Source of the DNA: Phaeosaccion multiseriatum | Taxonomy: Eukaryota > Protista > Ochrophyta, other classes | NCBI GenBank assembly: GCA_965112735.1 | Contig: OZ218956.1 | Span: forward strand, 3,720,001-3,784,000 | Direction: 5' to 3' | Length of the DNA: 64,000 bases | In this document: one piece after another, positions 62,740 through 64,000 of the stretch | Numbering within the stretch: position 1 is the first letter of the stretch | Layout of the letters: the number at the start of each line of letters is the position of its first letter | Notes under the pieces: model-generated | Databases searched by the model: none | Seen by the model: only the letters and a program-made list of their open reading frames with translations | Told to the model about the DNA's origin: nothing | Translations under genes and position numbers: made by a program

Positions 62740-63999
62740 TTACTGAATGAGGTCCCGCACATTGTGCACGATCCTCCACATGCCCCTTGCCCTTCCTGGG
62801 CTGTTGGCCCCCGCCGAGTGCAGCGCCCCCTTGAGCTCTGACTCGCTCAAGCCGCTACCCTCTGCCTCCACCTCAGGGGCGCAGAGCACCACTCCGTAGG
62901 CCATCGACAGAGGGAAGACAAGCCGCAGCGTCGGAGACAGCCGCACAGCAAGCTTGGCCTCGCCCCCCCCCTCTCCCTGCCCATCTCCGTGCGGCAGCTG
63001 CAACTCCAACGCCAGCGAGTGGCTGTCTGCGATGTCCTCGAGAGAAGCAACGTCGTAAACGAGGTCCCTCGCCTTACCCACGAGCCACCCTGCCGCCTGC
63101 ACCTCCCCAGGGATGTCCGTGGGGGCACGAGTCCGAGATCGACCCTCCTGTCCTTGACCGCTCAGCCCGCTCTGCTGCGCCCCCCCGAGGGCGGAGGCGG
63201 TGACTCCCCCGATGGGCGAGAAGAGGCCCACCTTCTCGCCGAAGAGCAGCGCAGAAAGCTGCGAGGACACCTTCCCCAAAGGGGCCGCCGCCGCCCCTCC
63301 GTTGGCCCCGCCGCTGCTGCTGGAGAAGAAAGAGGAGCTCGCTCCGCCAGCGCCCGCCGTGGGAGCCGCCTTGATCAATCGCGTGTGCCTCGTCACCGTC
63401 ACGCTCGTGTCTGCGCGTCCGCCTCCTCCCCCGTCGGGAGCAACCCCTTGGCCGTCGCCGTCGTCAGTCATCTGAAAGAGCAGCTCCCACACCCTTGTCG
63501 CCGTGTGAGGCATGGGAAAACACACGCCCACCTGGTCCGAGCAGAGCTTAATGGGTGCACCCCACCCATGGAGTCCGATGAGCGCCTCCATGCGTGCCTT
63601 GGCCTCCCACGCCTCCGTCTCGGCCTCCTGCCTGCTCGTCACGGCCTTGGCCAGAGAGTGCCGCAGAGCCTTCTTGGCATCTCGGGCCTTCTTCCTCTCC
63701 ACAAGCTGGGCACGCGCCTCCTCTGCCTCGACGCGCCTTGCCTCTGAGCGCCTGAGATCCTCCTCCAGCTTCCGCACCTCCTCGTCCAACTGCTTTTGCT
63801 CCCTGTCCTCGGCTTCCTCCTCCTCCTTTGCCTTCCGCCTCGCCAGCTCCCTGTTGAGTGCCTTCTCCGCCCTCGCAAGTTCCCCTTCTATTCCTTCAAG
63901 CTCCTCCTCTGCGGTGTCCAACTCCTTCAGTTCCTGCTCCATCTCTTCCTGCAGGTCCGCTAGCGCGTCCTTCAGCCTTTTGAGCGCATTGAGCTCGGT
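62740..63999 (-). CDS. C-terminal part of a coiled-coil protein with a globular tail (possibly KNL1/Spc7-like); runs off the window end
   Basis: Frame is open to the window edge. An E/K/A-rich heptad region is followed by LIGLHGW and an alpha/beta tail. The family guess is weak. Confidence 0.6.
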   Translation of the reverse strand, partial: TELNALKRLKDALADLQEEMEQELKELDTAEEELEGIEGELARAEKALNRELARRKAKEEEEAEDREQKQLDEEVRKLEEDLRRSEARRVEAEEARAQLVERKKARDAKKALRHSLAKAVTSRQEAETEAWEAKARMEALIGLHGWGAPIKLCSDQVGVCFPMPHTATRVWELLFQMTDDGDGQGVAPDGGGGGRADTSVTVTRHTRLIKAAPTAGAGGASSSFFSSSSGGANGGAAAAPLGKVSSQLSALLFGEKVGLFSPIGGVTASALGGAQQSGLSGQGQEGRSRTRAPTDIPGEVQAAGWLVGKARDLVYDVASLEDIADSHSLALELQLPHGDGQGEGGGEAKLAVRLSPTLRLVFPLSMAYGVVLCAPEVEAEGSGLSESELKGALHSAGANSPGRARGMWRIVHNVRDLIQ

Positions 64000-64000
64000 G

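Overview
GC-rich eukaryotic nuclear DNA with GT-AG introns packed with microsatellites. Several proteins start with a signal peptide plus an 'AF' cleavage motif (bipartite plastid targeting), which points to an alga with a secondary red plastid, probably a photosynthetic stramenopile. About 15 protein genes can be reconstructed by hand: a head-to-head pair of uncharacterised paralogues, a membrane hybrid histidine kinase, an Ap4A phosphorylase, an FN3-C2-4TM protein, a plastid TPR protein, a RelA/SpoT homologue, serine acetyltransferase, an EamA transporter, an MSH1-type MutS, class II DAHP synthase, an HSF-domain protein, an orphan ORF, a TPR-DnaJ co-chaperone and two edge-truncated genes. 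There is also a 442-bp TIR element with a 6-bp target-site duplication. The standout is a plastid-targeted RelA/SpoT enzyme (intact hydrolase motifs, degenerate synthetase motifs) fused in one uninterrupted reading frame to a three-helix light-harvesting-complex (LHC) domain. Second is an AP2 DNA-binding domain fused N-terminally to MSH1 (MutS + GIY-YIG). All domain calls come from motif recognition by eye; no searches were run and exon boundaries are manual predictions.
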